Positions 63,624-64,000 of a stretch of DNA of 64,000 nucleotides are shown here, one piece after another. Below the pieces are notes generated by a model that ran no database searches, was not told the origin of the DNA, and saw only the letters and a program-made list of their open reading frames with translations. The first letter of the stretch is position 1. Each line of letters opens with the position of its first letter. The stretch is from Malacoraja senta (Eukaryota). Location: NCBI GenBank assembly GCA_038087875.1, contig CM075980.1, positions 71,114,001-71,178,000 on the forward strand, in the 5' to 3' direction. A program made the translations under genes and the position numbers.

Positions 63624-64000
63624 AGGCTCTGTCTTACCTGTTTGCGGTCATCGGCGGTGAAGCGTGGCGTCGCCGGTAGCGGGGACCGCGCGGCAACGGC
63701 GAGAGCGTCTAGCCTATCCACCGGAGCGCCGCACGGATGCTGCGCGGGGGCCGAGTTAATTCAAACACGGCGGGTCCCACGTGCTTGCAGTAAGTAAAAA
63801 AAAGGGCGGGCCGACTGCGATGACGTCGGCCCGCCGCACGTGACTCACGAGCGGCGGCTGTGTCGGCGGCCATCCTGATCGCGGCGCTGTAGCGGTGGCT
63901 GTGCCTGCGGCCATGCCTCACTGGCGGAGGCACGTGCCTCACTGGCGGAGGCTGTGGCAGTGGAGGTTTGACGCACGGCGCTCGAGCCACACTGGCGGCG
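63624..64000. mobile_element. Left part of a CpG-rich Harbinger-type element that runs off the window
   Basis: Begins TTA|AGGCTCTGTCTTAC, resembling the other TIRs, and interrupts the CR1 ORF1 esterase; GGCGG-rich subterminal repeats. Confidence 0.6.

Overview
Eukaryotic, repeat-dense, apparently intergenic or intronic vertebrate DNA. HE1-like V-SINEs and HER1/CR1 LINEs point to an elasmobranch such as a skate, ray or shark (inference). No complete host gene is supported. Main contents: (1) a young, full-length Ty3/Gypsy (Mag-like) LTR retrotransposon at 7702-12441, with near-identical 203-bp LTRs and one nonsense codon; (2) many CR1, Rex1-like and V-SINE fragments, often nested; (3) several non-autonomous PIF/Harbinger-type elements with TWA target sites, one hAT-Charlie MITE and one unclassified TIR element; (4) a 5'-truncated, still open LINE RT of a different lineage, inserted into a CR1 ORF1. 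Most notable: a 2.15-kb Harbinger-type element that has apparently captured a host promoter plus signal-peptide first exon (32788-34938); a 130-nt TSD-flanked retroposon whose 5' half folds as an HDV-like ribozyme (43575-43704); an abundant family of Penelope-derived hairpin elements with hammerhead-ribozyme cores, one of them carried by an amplified MITE; and a family of composite retroposons with shared ends and variable GC-rich centres. Family assignments come from motif recognition by eye, and boundaries of degenerate repeats are approximate.
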